Below the pieces are notes generated by a model. The model was not told the DNA's origin. It worked only from the letters and a program-made list of their open reading frames with translations, and did no database searches. Made by a program: the position numbers and the translations under genes. Of a stretch of 64,000 nt of DNA, positions 10,359 through 20,220 are shown in pieces (the first letter of the stretch is position 1; each line of letters begins with the position of its first letter). Source of the DNA: an uncultured Methanosarcinales archaeon (lineage in GTDB: Archaea; Nanobdellota; Nanobdellia; Woesearchaeales; DATDXC01). Location: the NCBI GenBank assembly GCA_964510025.1, contig CAZDZV010000002.1:1-64000 (forward strand). Direction: 5' to 3'.

Positions 10359-11201
10359 ATGTATCTCACTATAGAAGAACAACTGCCCAGACTGAAGGAT
10401 GTACCTGCCAGCCATAGGGCTAATGTCAGGTCGCTAAGGTTGGCAGAAAGAAGAAATTTTCAGGTAAGCTGCGCCAGTGTTGGTGAGATCATACAAGATG
10501 CTTTGCTTCAGGACACGCCTATCTGGGAGCTGGATGATGATGAAAAGGCCCAGCTCAGGGAGGAAAGAGAGAATTATCTGGATATATTAGCAGACAGAGG
10601 GGCATTCCTGACTGTAGGACAGATAGCGCAGATGGAATTGAGCCTGATGGGCGTTGGAAAGGAGGATATGCAAGCTAGAGTAGAATGGTATATAGGGCAG
10701 CTGGGAGTAAGAGATGTCGATGCATATAGCAAGAAACCTGATTCAGCAGACTTAGCTGTTCTGGTGAAGCATCTTAAGGAGATTGATCCTGATATTTATA
10801 AAGAAGCAGATGCCTTCCACAGGCAAAGGATACGCGACCTTACTGCGGGATTCAGGAAGGAAAGGATAAGAAACAAGGGGCTGTATATCCTTTTGGCTGA
10901 TGGGGTATATATTGGTGAGGGTAACTACAGGCAGATGTGGGGATTTCTTCAGTATGCGAAAGAAAAATATCCGGGGGCTGGTTTTCTGGTGCATGGATAC
11001 GGCAGAGAGGTAGACTTCGGTCTAGCTGGCAGATTAAGAAGGCCCAGGGAGAAAGATTATGTACCGAGAAGCAGAGATACCCTGTTGGGGGGCGACAGGT
11101 ACGAAGTAGGCAAGACCTATGTAGGAAGGGATGGGAAGATCGGATTCAAAGTTGATCCTGAACTTGTAACGGTCGGGCTTCTGGACAGGCCAGCTGCCTA
11201 G
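10359..11201 (+). CDS. Hypothetical protein
   Basis: 280-aa ORF, no recognised motif. Confidence 0.6.
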   Translation: MYLTIEEQLPRLKDVPASHRANVRSLRLAERRNFQVSCASVGEIIQDALLQDTPIWELDDDEKAQLREERENYLDILADRGAFLTVGQIAQMELSLMGVGKEDMQARVEWYIGQLGVRDVDAYSKKPDSADLAVLVKHLKEIDPDIYKEADAFHRQRIRDLTAGFRKERIRNKGLYILLADGVYIGEGNYRQMWGFLQYAKEKYPGAGFLVHGYGREVDFGLAGRLRRPREKDYVPRSRDTLLGGDRYEVGKTYVGRDGKIGFKVDPELVTVGLLDRPAA

Positions 11202-11823
11202 ACAGGATAGAATACAGCAATAGCTTTTTCTGGTGATATGGCTGAAGGCTGAGACATATTATTAGTGGGTATGCATGCTTTGACAGCATCCAGCTTTCTT
11301 TGGCAATTATCCAACACAGTATCAATGGCTGCATCAAGACCCCCTGGCTGAAACCTTTCATAAAGCTCTACTCCGACTGCCTTTTTTCTTACAAGAATTC
11401 TGCCATGCGAGCAATCGTCAAGTGCCTGCTTAACCTGGTCCTTGATTTGAGGTGCTTCCTGAAGAGTTATAGCGTGGTCTGTCCTAAGCAGGTAATAGCC
11501 TGCAACAGTGTTTCTAGCTAAAGAAACAATAAGAAGAAGATCATCAGAAGCGTAGACTGCAGAATTGCGGTATTTGCCGCTTGCATCAACGGTAAACCTG
11601 GTGTCTGCATGGCGATGAAATCCCCGCGCAAGATAACCAGGAAGATGCTGATTTAACACATAAGCAATGTCGCTTCGGGGAACAGTCTGAACAGGCTCTG
11701 CTTCGCCAACCTCAGGCTTGGCAGCCTCCTGAAGCGCGTCTGCTATGGAACCTCCTGTTTCCTGCACTGTTCTACCGAAACCTTCCAAAAATTCTGCTGC
11801 TCTTGCGTGTCTTGGATCTGCCA
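11198..11823 (-). CDS. Hypothetical protein
   Basis: ORF ~208 aa from ATG (MADPRH); no recognised motif. Confidence 0.55.
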
Positions 11824-11911
11824 TAAAGCACCTAGAACCTCTTTTTAGCACTGGAATGGCTTTTGCTTTAAAAAGCTTAGGTTTTTAAAACAAGCTGCAG
11901 TTACATGGCAC

Positions 11912-12586
11912 ATGATCTATGAATTATGCAGGACAGCTGAAAAGCAAAGGCCCGGATGGCAGGATATCATAGCCATTGTAAGGGCAACATCCCGACGCAG
12001 AACAAGGTTTGAGCACGGCAACCTGGTAGGAAGGATCGCTGAGGTATATGCAATTGAGCAGTTGAGGATGGCCTCTGCCAAGCTAAGATTGGATGATGTT
12101 GATATTATAGATATCGCTCATGGCGCAGAGACAGAGAACTATATTTTTTACAAGCAAAATGCTGGAAGGTTTGGCATCTACTGTGCCACATCTGTCCTGA
12201 ATAAGGGATCAGGCCAATGGGATCCGGATATAGACGGGCTTGTTGTTGTCGGAGGTGAGCCTTTTCTTCTGGAGGTCAAGGCGCAGAAATACAGGCGATA
12301 TGCCCGTTATAGCGGTATAGGCTCAACAACAAGGGGAAGTATCGCAAGAGTGATGCAGCATCCTGAAGAACTAAGCATTAGGGCTGCTGCAGAATATCTG
12401 GGCACAGGAATGGATATGAAATTGATGGTTGCCCTGCCGCCTGACCAGTTTTACCCGACTCCTGGCACCATCCAGCAAAGCTTCCTGGACAGGGGCGGCC
12501 TTGTGTTGAGGCTTGCGCATGGTGCTGACATGATAGCCCAGGCAGCAAGTGCATTAGCCCAAGAATGCGGATATAGGGTTGCTTGA
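11912..12586 (+). CDS. Hypothetical protein with possible PD-(D/E)xK nuclease fold
   Basis: G.IAE helix followed by DIDGLVV...FLLEVKA. Confidence 0.5.
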   Translation: MIYELCRTAEKQRPGWQDIIAIVRATSRRRTRFEHGNLVGRIAEVYAIEQLRMASAKLRLDDVDIIDIAHGAETENYIFYKQNAGRFGIYCATSVLNKGSGQWDPDIDGLVVVGGEPFLLEVKAQKYRRYARYSGIGSTTRGSIARVMQHPEELSIRAAAEYLGTGMDMKLMVALPPDQFYPTPGTIQQSFLDRGGLVLRLAHGADMIAQAASALAQECGYRVA

Positions 12587-12697
12587 CAGCCTATGAATAT
12601 ACAATCACATTGCGCATTTTCTCGCTTCGTGCACCATATACAGTAGCAGTACTATCGCCCGATACTGCACTGAAACCCAGCTAATAAGATATAGAAA

Positions 12698-12782
12698 TGC
12701 GCCAGCCGAGATTCGAACTCGGGTCACAGCCTTTCTGCTTGATAATGGCAAGGCCGTATCTTAACCACTGGACTACTGGCGC
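12698..12782 (-). tRNA. tRNA-Gly(GCC) with 13-nt intron at 37/38 (12733-12745)
   Basis: Acceptor stem GCGCCAG/CTGGCGC, T-arm GTTCGAATC, anticodon arm CGGCC-TTGCCA[intron]A-GGCTG; no encoded CCA. Confidence 0.93.
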
Positions 12783-12786
12783 AGAA

Positions 12787-12902
12787 TGGGCCCGCCCGGA
12801 TTCGAACCGGGGACTAACACCTTTCTAAGCATGCACCTGTAAGGGTGCTGTCATAGCTTCTAGTCCTGGGGCATAGCCCAGAAATCACTAGACCACGGGC
12901 CC
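12787..12902 (-). tRNA. tRNA-Val(TAC) with two introns (D-loop 12858-12885; anticodon loop 12823-12837)
   Basis: GGGCCCG/CGGGCCC acceptor stem, GTTCGAATC T-loop; removing the 28-nt and 15-nt inserts restores a normal cloverleaf. Confidence 0.88.
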
Positions 12903-12996
12903 GGGTCTTATTATGGTTTAAACAATTATTTAAAAAACTTTGTTTTTTCTGGATTGCATAGAAAACTTTTTAAAGCGGGTGCAAATTCTTAAGGTT

Positions 12997-13305
12997 ATGA
13001 AATTGACCAAGATGAGAAAAAGGTATTGCCCTTACTGCAAGAAGCATACAGTTCATACTGTAACAACTGCAAAGAGAGGCAAGGCACGAAGCATGACATA
13101 TGGGAGCAAGCTAAGGGCCAAAAGAAGAGGCAAGGCAAGAGGAAAGGGCAATCTTGGCAGATATTCCAAGCCTGCTATAAGCAAGTTCAAGATGACAGGT
13201 AAAAAAGCCAGCAAGAAAGTGGACCTAAGATATACCTGCAAGGAATGCAAGAAAACCCATGTGCAGAACAAGGGCTTCAGGACCAAGCGGCTTGAGATGA
13301 AGTGA
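12997..13305 (+). CDS. rpl44e: 50S ribosomal protein L44e
   Basis: RYCPYCKKHT.H, KK.SKKVDLRYTCKECKKTH; start moved to ATG 12997. Confidence 0.95.
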   Translation: MKLTKMRKRYCPYCKKHTVHTVTTAKRGKARSMTYGSKLRAKRRGKARGKGNLGRYSKPAISKFKMTGKKASKKVDLRYTCKECKKTHVQNKGFRTKRLEMK

Positions 13306-15202
13306 TATTTTTTGTTTTTTTACCATAGATATACAGGTATTTCCAGGCAAAGCCCTGCTTTCTCTCTATGTTCACATCAAATCCCGCATCAGAAAACACC
13401 TGCTTTATCTTCCCGTCATCCTCAAGCCAGTCCACTGCAGGTATTATATCGAAGAACTTATCATAGTCAAGAAAGCATATCTTCGAGCCTACTTTGAGGC
13501 GCCTATTCATGTCCATCAGCGCATTTTTGGCATCCTTCATGTAGCCCAATGTGCCGACTGAGACAACAGTATGTATCCTAGGGACCTTAGGATGGACCCT
13601 TCTGTGGTGCTGGGCGTCATGTATTGTCTCTACATGGCTATGCCCTTTTTTTTCCAGCCGCTTTTTTGCAATTGACAGAACCCGCTTTGATATGTCTGTA
13701 GCATATATCTTTCCTTTGGGGCCTACTTCTTCTGCAAGATGCATCGTCAGTGTTCCGACAGAACATCCAAACTCAAGAAGAGTCCTTCCCTTCACGTTGC
13801 CAAGCAGCCTGATGATCTCTCTCCGCACGCTTAGAGGCAGGCTTATCCTCTCGGTCAAAAGCGTGAATTCAGCAGAGATGTCGTTTACAAACCTTATCAT
13901 CTTTGGATCGGAGTACATCTCAAGAAGAAAATATATTGGCACTCCGAGCAGCATCAGGGTGACACCCTTGAACAGCACATCTGAGGCTCCGGGAGTAAGC
14001 ACCAGCCAGGTTACAAGCAAGGCTATGAAGAACAAGATAACAAATAACGGGCCAATCCTGCCAAAAGGCGCCCTGTAATATCTCTTAACATCTGGTCTCC
14101 TATACCTCAGGATGACCAGGGCAAGCATGACCAGCGAATAGGTAATAAGCAGTATAGGCACAAGAAGGTGCAGCAGCGTCTCGTAAGAACCTAGGCCGAG
14201 AAAAACAAAGACAATGGATACAATGCACTGGAAGATTATTGCCATGTGGGGTGTCTGGAACCTTGGATGGATCCTGCTAAACTTCGGCAGGAACAGCTTG
14301 TCCTTGGCCATGCTCAATATCAGCCTGGGTGCAGACACAACCCAGCCAGCCACAGAGCCTATTATGGAAAGATAGGCAAGTATCATGAAGATCTGCATCC
14401 CTCGGGAACCGAAGTGAAATTGCGCAAGGTCTGACAAGGGAGCATCAGATAAGCCCAGGTTATTCCAGCCTAAAGACCCCATCGACAATACCACAAAAAG
14501 CAGAGCCACCACAGCTATTATCTTTGTCCCTGTGATCATTGCTCTTGGCACAACTTTCTCTCCATCTCTTGTCTCACCTGCAAGAAAGGTTGGAGACTCC
14601 CAGCCGAAGAACGTTTCTGCGATAAAAAAAATCGCCAGGAACATCACATTATAGCCATTGCTGAAAAATGGAAGAAAATTTCCAGGCTGAAAGGTGAATA
14701 CAGAAGGAAGCATAATGGCCAGAAGGGTGCCTAATGTGATGAAAGAAAAGGTTACAAGCATGGTTGCGCTTGTCTTCATGCCCCTATAGGCCACTGTGTT
14801 GAAGATAACAATGAAAATAACCGAGATAATCATGACTATCAGCTCAAGGTTAGGTATGTGAGCTGGCAAGAGGTAAGATATTGCCCCTATTATCAGCATA
14901 GCGATCGTTATGTTGCCGCCTATCAGGGTAAGCCACCCAACCAGGAAGGATGGCGCTCTGCCATAGGCATGCTTGCAGAATTCATATGTTCCGCCTGCTG
15001 ACGGATACATCGAGCACAGCTCAGCAAAGCACATTGAGATATAGATAGCAATTGCAGCCATGATAGCCCATGATACTATGGAAGCTGCCCCCCCTATGCG
15101 CGCACCTATAGCGGGAAGAAAAAATATGCCAGTACCCATTATGGAGTTTATGATTATCAGGAGGAGCACCTTATAGCTCAGGACTCTCTTCAGCTCTGCC
15201 AT
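13277..15202 (-). CDS. APC-family amino acid permease fused to a C-terminal class I SAM methyltransferase-like domain
   Basis: IMGTGIF, FAEL.S.YPSAGG.Y, FGWE, HPRFQTPH; C-terminal LLEFGCSVGT...YATDIS. Confidence 0.88.
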   Translation of the reverse strand: MAELKRVLSYKVLLLIIINSIMGTGIFFLPAIGARIGGAASIVSWAIMAAIAIYISMCFAELCSMYPSAGGTYEFCKHAYGRAPSFLVGWLTLIGGNITIAMLIIGAISYLLPAHIPNLELIVMIISVIFIVIFNTVAYRGMKTSATMLVTFSFITLGTLLAIMLPSVFTFQPGNFLPFFSNGYNVMFLAIFFIAETFFGWESPTFLAGETRDGEKVVPRAMITGTKIIAVVALLFVVLSMGSLGWNNLGLSDAPLSDLAQFHFGSRGMQIFMILAYLSIIGSVAGWVVSAPRLILSMAKDKLFLPKFSRIHPRFQTPHMAIIFQCIVSIVFVFLGLGSYETLLHLLVPILLITYSLVMLALVILRYRRPDVKRYYRAPFGRIGPLFVILFFIALLVTWLVLTPGASDVLFKGVTLMLLGVPIYFLLEMYSDPKMIRFVNDISAEFTLLTERISLPLSVRREIIRLLGNVKGRTLLEFGCSVGTLTMHLAEEVGPKGKIYATDISKRVLSIAKKRLEKKGHSHVETIHDAQHHRRVHPKVPRIHTVVSVGTLGYMKDAKNALMDMNRRLKVGSKICFLDYDKFFDIIPAVDWLEDDGKIKQVFSDAGFDVNIERKQGFAWKYLYIYGKKTKNITSSQAAWS

Positions 15203-15238
15203 GGCATAACCTAGAATTTCTTTATTTATAAATTTAAC

Positions 15239-15697
15239 CTAATCAGGAATCTGAACAACTACGCTTCCTGTCACTGTCCTTGGAAAGGCATCTGGATCCT
15301 CATAGGTTACAGAAATGTCGCCTTTCAATTTTTTTCCGGGTGCAGCCAGATTGGCGCAGCTGCCTCCGCCAGAAAGGACTATCTCCAAAGAGTCATCTTC
15401 ATTTATCCAGCCTGTCGGGCCTCCAGCCAGCGTGCATGTGTCCCCATCCTGGCTGATGGCTGCCCCGGTTATCTGGATCCGCTCAGAAAGGTGGTTGCTA
15501 AGCTTGATCCTCACGTTGCCGGGAGCTGCATCAAATTTTTCACAAAACAGACCAGAAGCTGTATTGAACTGGCAGTTTTCTGGAGTAAGGGATGTTGGCT
15601 TAAGCCAGTATACAAGAGCCCCTATAGCCAGCACTACGATAAGCAGTGCCCAGCCATATGTCATAAGAAACTCCATAGCTGCCTGAGCTTTCTTCAT
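15239..15697 (-). CDS. Archaeal type IV pilin-like protein
   Basis: Class III signal MKKAQAAMEFLMTYGWALLIVV. Confidence 0.85.
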   Translation of the reverse strand: MKKAQAAMEFLMTYGWALLIVVLAIGALVYWLKPTSLTPENCQFNTASGLFCEKFDAAPGNVRIKLSNHLSERIQITGAAISQDGDTCTLAGGPTGWINEDDSLEIVLSGGGSCANLAAPGKKLKGDISVTYEDPDAFPRTVTGSVVVQIPD

Positions 15698-15794
15698 TTT
15701 ATATATCCTTATTTTTTTATTTATTTAAACTTTGCTATTTAGCATATGTTCATTTTAGCATATATTTATATATGCTCTGTCATTCATGTGGCCT

Positions 15795-16436
15795 ATGAAA
15801 AAGCTGTTTATCGAAGCCAAGTATTATGGCAAACCAAGACTTGGCAACATCGGAAACTTACCAGAAAATATCGGATTGGTCACCACAATCCAATTTGTGG
15901 ATTACCTAGGGGACATCAGGGATTTTCTAGCCAAAAGAGATATCAAGTGCTTGATCGGCAAGGGAAATCAGGCAAATGCTGGACAGCTGCTGGGTTGTGA
16001 TGTCAGCGCTGCAGTTAAGGTAAAGGACAAGGTTGAGGCTTTTCTATACGTTGGCGACGGAAGGTTCCATCCAGTAAAGGTGGCGATAGACACCAAAAAA
16101 GATGTATTCATATTCAATCCCATGAATGATGATTTCTCTAAGCTTGATAAGAAAGAGGTTATCGACCATATAAAAAAGAAGAAGGGAGCCAGGCTGAAAT
16201 TCCTTTCCTCCAAAAATATAGGTATAGTTGTCTCTATAAAAAAGGGGCAGCATAGGAAGGCGCCTTTGGGAATTTTGAGAAAAAAATATCCCGACAAGCA
16301 GTTTTATGTCTTTATGGCAGATACTGTTGACTTCAACCAGCTTCAGAACTTCAACTTTATAGAAGCATGGATAAACACAGCCTGCCCAAGGATGGATGAA
16401 GATCTAGCTGCTGTCAGCATAGATGAGCTACTTTAG
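15795..16436 (+). CDS. dph2: Diphthamide biosynthesis protein Dph2 (short form)
   Basis: TTIQF, GQLLGCD, GDGRFH, K.GQ, NTACPR. Confidence 0.9.
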   Translation: MKKLFIEAKYYGKPRLGNIGNLPENIGLVTTIQFVDYLGDIRDFLAKRDIKCLIGKGNQANAGQLLGCDVSAAVKVKDKVEAFLYVGDGRFHPVKVAIDTKKDVFIFNPMNDDFSKLDKKEVIDHIKKKKGARLKFLSSKNIGIVVSIKKGQHRKAPLGILRKKYPDKQFYVFMADTVDFNQLQNFNFIEAWINTACPRMDEDLAAVSIDELL

Positions 16437-17630
16437 ATAGGATTTTCTGTCAGGCTGAGCAGCAAGCCATCCGGCTCCCAGGGAGCCCAGATGACTATAC
16501 ACTGCAAGGAATATGTCCATTCCGGCCAGCATCTCAAGGTGGGCTTCTGTTGCATGTGCCTGGAACATATGTCGGAACCTGTTATCCCTTAATATAGGAT
16601 CCTGTAGTCTTCGAGGTGTGCCGCCGGCGATATATATGGCTCCTGGCAGGGTATCGACTGCCTCATCCCTGGAGATTTTGGCAAGGCCATCTGTCCACAA
16701 CCCGACCACTGCTGAAAGCATAGGCCCATACTTGCCTTTTTTGTATTTCTTGACTATCTCCTTTGCTTTTTCATTTGGATGCATTGCCTTCAGGCTGTCA
16801 TACCATGGCAGGAATGATTCCTGATATTCCCCGGTATGTTTGTAATCCCTGATATTCTGCGTACGGACATCTTCGGAGGGCAACCTGCCACCCACAATGA
16901 AATCAAGCAGGTAGCCAAGTCCTCGTCCAGAAACCTGGTGCTCCCTTATAGGGTCCAGGCCTGCTGCAACATGCTGCCTTAGGTATGATAGGAATGAATT
17001 CTGCATGTCATCGCCGCTTGCCATTGAAACGTGGCCACCTTCAGATGCAGCTGGCACATATATGCCATTCTCGTTTTTGAAGCCGCGTCCAAATCCCAGA
17101 CCAGAGCCAGGCGCGAGTATCGATATCCTGTCCATGGGATATTTAGGGGCTATATCCTCCAATTTTGGCACCCTTACGATCTGAGAAGGATCATCATGAT
17201 CCAAAAAATTAAGCCCAAGAATATTTGCTCCCATGTCGTTAATCAGGATAACTGCTTCTAAACCCAGGCTTTGCTGGAGAACAGCGGTGTCCAATACAAG
17301 GTTTTTTCCGCCGGGATCCTTGATGTGCGTAAGCTCTGCATAGCTGCCCTGCCCCAATACCTTTCCTGGACAGCCTATCCCAACTTCAGATGGAACAGGC
17401 AGGCCTGCATCTCTCAGCAGCTGATGGTAGTCCTGGAACCTTGTGGCAAAATCTCCGACATTAGGGCTTTCCCAGTGAACTCTCGCGATTGGGATAACTG
17501 AAGAGCCAGCATATCTTATCAAGACCCATCTTGTCTTGCCGCCGCCTATATCTACTCCAGTAGTGACATGGTCTCCTGCCTTCAGCTGTTCTTCCTGATC
17601 AAATATCTGCAGCTCGCCTTCATTTGTCAT
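16428..17630 (-). CDS. Glucokinase, Glk-like, divergent
   Basis: DIGGGKTR, LINDM.A, APGSGLG, ASEGGH, VSGRGL. Confidence 0.8.
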   Translation of the reverse strand: MTNEGELQIFDQEEQLKAGDHVTTGVDIGGGKTRWVLIRYAGSSVIPIARVHWESPNVGDFATRFQDYHQLLRDAGLPVPSEVGIGCPGKVLGQGSYAELTHIKDPGGKNLVLDTAVLQQSLGLEAVILINDMGANILGLNFLDHDDPSQIVRVPKLEDIAPKYPMDRISILAPGSGLGFGRGFKNENGIYVPAASEGGHVSMASGDDMQNSFLSYLRQHVAAGLDPIREHQVSGRGLGYLLDFIVGGRLPSEDVRTQNIRDYKHTGEYQESFLPWYDSLKAMHPNEKAKEIVKKYKKGKYGPMLSAVVGLWTDGLAKISRDEAVDTLPGAIYIAGGTPRRLQDPILRDNRFRHMFQAHATEAHLEMLAGMDIFLAVYSHLGSLGAGWLAAQPDRKSYLK

Positions 17631-18889
17631 CTTGATGCTGGCCTCAATGGTGTGGTGGAATAATGCGGAAGTGCTGTTGGGCCGCCTATCACCCCGATAA
17701 ATTCATCTACAAAAGCCTGGGTAGGGCCGCTCATGCCTTGGATATATTCACGCGGCACTGGCCTGGTTTTTTTGCCTGCCAGCTCATGCAGCGGAGCCAG
17801 TCCTGTGCTGAATCCACCATTAGGATTTCTCTCCAGTATAACTGATTGCCCTGATGCACCGTCAAGCATGGCTTTCACAGCTGCAGCGCCGATCATATAT
17901 GCTTCAGCAGCATCAGTATCAGACATCATACAGCTTCTCTGGATATGCTGGGGGTTGAATGATGCGTCCTTGATCTTAGCGATGCCGGGAACCTTAAGCT
18001 GTGCCTTGACAGCAGCAGCCAGGTAGGCTGCAGGAGAAAATGAGCCTGCACGTCCATGTTCGACATTACGATGGCTGTCCATCGTGTCAGCCCCATAAAG
18101 TTCTGACCAGCTTCTTCCTTCTGCTGCATCGTCCAGATCCTCCTGCACAACAATGCAGGCGTGGCCGTATTTTGAAAGAGCGTTTTCTATAGCGGCATAT
18201 AGGAGGTCCATATCAACCGGATTCTCCTTGGATAAGATAATATGCGGCGGCTCTCCCTCTATCATGGCTCCTCTTGGATCAACTCTTGCAAAAGCAGTGG
18301 CCTGAGCCAGCCATCCTGCTTTTCTTCCCATGACCTGGTATACTGCAACAGGAGCCTGCACAATCTCATCGCCAACCCTTACACCATAACCGAAAAAATC
18401 GCTGCACACATTTTTAACTGCAAGCGCATTATAAAGTGCAGCAGAGCCCCATCCAGGGCAATGGTGAGTTCTTCTCAGATCATTGTCGATAGTCTTGATT
18501 GCGTGCATTGCAGCCAGGGTAGGATCTGCCATTGTCAGCCCTAAAAGCTGGTCTGCTGAATCATTGCCACCTATATAGATAACACCATCAACGTTATACC
18601 TCTTAAGATTCTCGACCATCTTTTCATATTGGGGCGAATCTGGCTTGATTCTTGTAGTCTTTAAACCGGCGCCCGGGCCGTTGTGCATCCAGCGGTTAGG
18701 GTCCATGCCAGTAAGGTCAACAACCAGTTTTTCATCCTTGTCAGAATTCAATAGTCCTTCCAGGCCGTTGATCGCACCAAGAACCTCTATGCCGTGCTGA
18801 TTGGCAGCTGCTAGTATTCCTGCAACCTCCCAGTCAATAACAGGCGTGGGTCCGCCTGACTCCCCAATAAGAATCCGATTTATTGCCAT
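17627..18889 (-). CDS. PfkA-superfamily 6-phosphofructokinase, probably PPi-dependent
   Basis: SGGPTPVI, IGGNDS, KTIDNDL, VMGRKAGWL. Confidence 0.88.
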   Translation of the reverse strand: MAINRILIGESGGPTPVIDWEVAGILAAANQHGIEVLGAINGLEGLLNSDKDEKLVVDLTGMDPNRWMHNGPGAGLKTTRIKPDSPQYEKMVENLKRYNVDGVIYIGGNDSADQLLGLTMADPTLAAMHAIKTIDNDLRRTHHCPGWGSAALYNALAVKNVCSDFFGYGVRVGDEIVQAPVAVYQVMGRKAGWLAQATAFARVDPRGAMIEGEPPHIILSKENPVDMDLLYAAIENALSKYGHACIVVQEDLDDAAEGRSWSELYGADTMDSHRNVEHGRAGSFSPAAYLAAAVKAQLKVPGIAKIKDASFNPQHIQRSCMMSDTDAAEAYMIGAAAVKAMLDGASGQSVILERNPNGGFSTGLAPLHELAGKKTRPVPREYIQGMSGPTQAFVDEFIGVIGGPTALPHYSTTPLRPASR

Positions 18890-19017
18890 TTAGCTTCCCC
18901 CCTTATAATTTTTATAATATTAATAGATTGCATTTTAAATATTTTTCTATATTAAAGTGATAACAAATCGTGAAAATCACGATTAAACTTATAAAGAAGC
19001 AAAAATTAACATATTAT

Positions 19018-20220
19018 ATGAGAGAACTGCTAAGCCCTGTGCAGGATTTTGTGAGCCTGAGGGCTGCTATCGATGGAGGCGCCGATGCTGTCTACTTTGG
19101 TATCAGGGAGCTCAATATGAGGATGGGTGCCAAAAACTTCAGGCTTTCTGAAACCGGCAAGGTTATAGAGATATGCCACAAGCATAAGGTCAGGGCTTAT
19201 TTTGTTCTAAACTCAATAGTCTATGACAAGGAGATCGGAAAGATAAAAAAAATACTAAGAAAACTAAAAAAGGAAAGGATTGACGCCATTATATGCTGGG
19301 ATTTTTCTGTGATAAAGGAATGCGAGATACTGCATCTGCCGATACACCTGAGCACACAGGCTTCTGTAAGCAATTTTGACTCTTTGGTGTACCTGAAGAA
19401 CAGCATAAGAAACCTCAAAAGGATAAACCTTGCAAGGGAGCTTAGCCTAGACCAGATCAAAGAAATCATCAAAAGGATCAAGAAAAACAGGCTCAAGCTG
19501 GAGATAGAAGTGTTCATACACGGAGCAATGTGCGTGAGCATATCTGGCAGGTGCTTCATGAGCCAGGAAGTGTTCAACAGATCAGCGAACAGGGGGGAGT
19601 GCCTGCAGCCATGCCGAAGAAGATATATCATAAAAGATATTGAGGAAGATCACGAATTTTGCCTCGGGGAAGACTATGTGCTGAGCCCAAAAGACTTATG
19701 TACCGCAGATATCATGAACGACCTAATCAAAGCAGAGATATCTGCATTCAAGATTGAAGGAAGGAACAGGAGCCCTGAATATGTGAAGACTGTAACAGAA
19801 AGCTACAGGCAGCTGATAGACTGCTATCCGGCCGATAAGGGGCTTATAGGATCGCTAAAGGAAAGCCTGAGAAAAGTGTACAACAGAGGTTTCTCCACTG
19901 GATTCTATCTTGGCAGGCCAGAGGATGGCTGGAGCAGGGCCTATGGGAGCATGGCGACAGAAAGGAAGAGATACATAGGCAGGGTGGTGAACTTCTACAG
20001 GAAACAGTCTGTAGCTGAGATAATACCAGAAGCAGGCGAGCTGAAGCAGGGAGACACAATAATTTTCCAGGGAAATAAGACAGGGGTCTTCAGGCAGGAA
20101 GTTGCTTCTATCGAGGTAAATAAGAAGAAATTAAAGAAAATCAAAAAGGGAAGCAGAGCAGCTATAAAGACACAGAGAACAGTGAGGAAGAACGACAAGG
20201 TATTCAAAGTTCTTTCCTGA
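19018..20220 (+). CDS. Peptidase U32 family protein
   Basis: GADAVYFG, HLSTQ, LARELSL, HGAMC..SGRC, NRGECLQPCR, KIEGR. Confidence 0.93.
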   Translation: MRELLSPVQDFVSLRAAIDGGADAVYFGIRELNMRMGAKNFRLSETGKVIEICHKHKVRAYFVLNSIVYDKEIGKIKKILRKLKKERIDAIICWDFSVIKECEILHLPIHLSTQASVSNFDSLVYLKNSIRNLKRINLARELSLDQIKEIIKRIKKNRLKLEIEVFIHGAMCVSISGRCFMSQEVFNRSANRGECLQPCRRRYIIKDIEEDHEFCLGEDYVLSPKDLCTADIMNDLIKAEISAFKIEGRNRSPEYVKTVTESYRQLIDCYPADKGLIGSLKESLRKVYNRGFSTGFYLGRPEDGWSRAYGSMATERKRYIGRVVNFYRKQSVAEIIPEAGELKQGDTIIFQGNKTGVFRQEVASIEVNKKKLKKIKKGSRAAIKTQRTVRKNDKVFKVLS

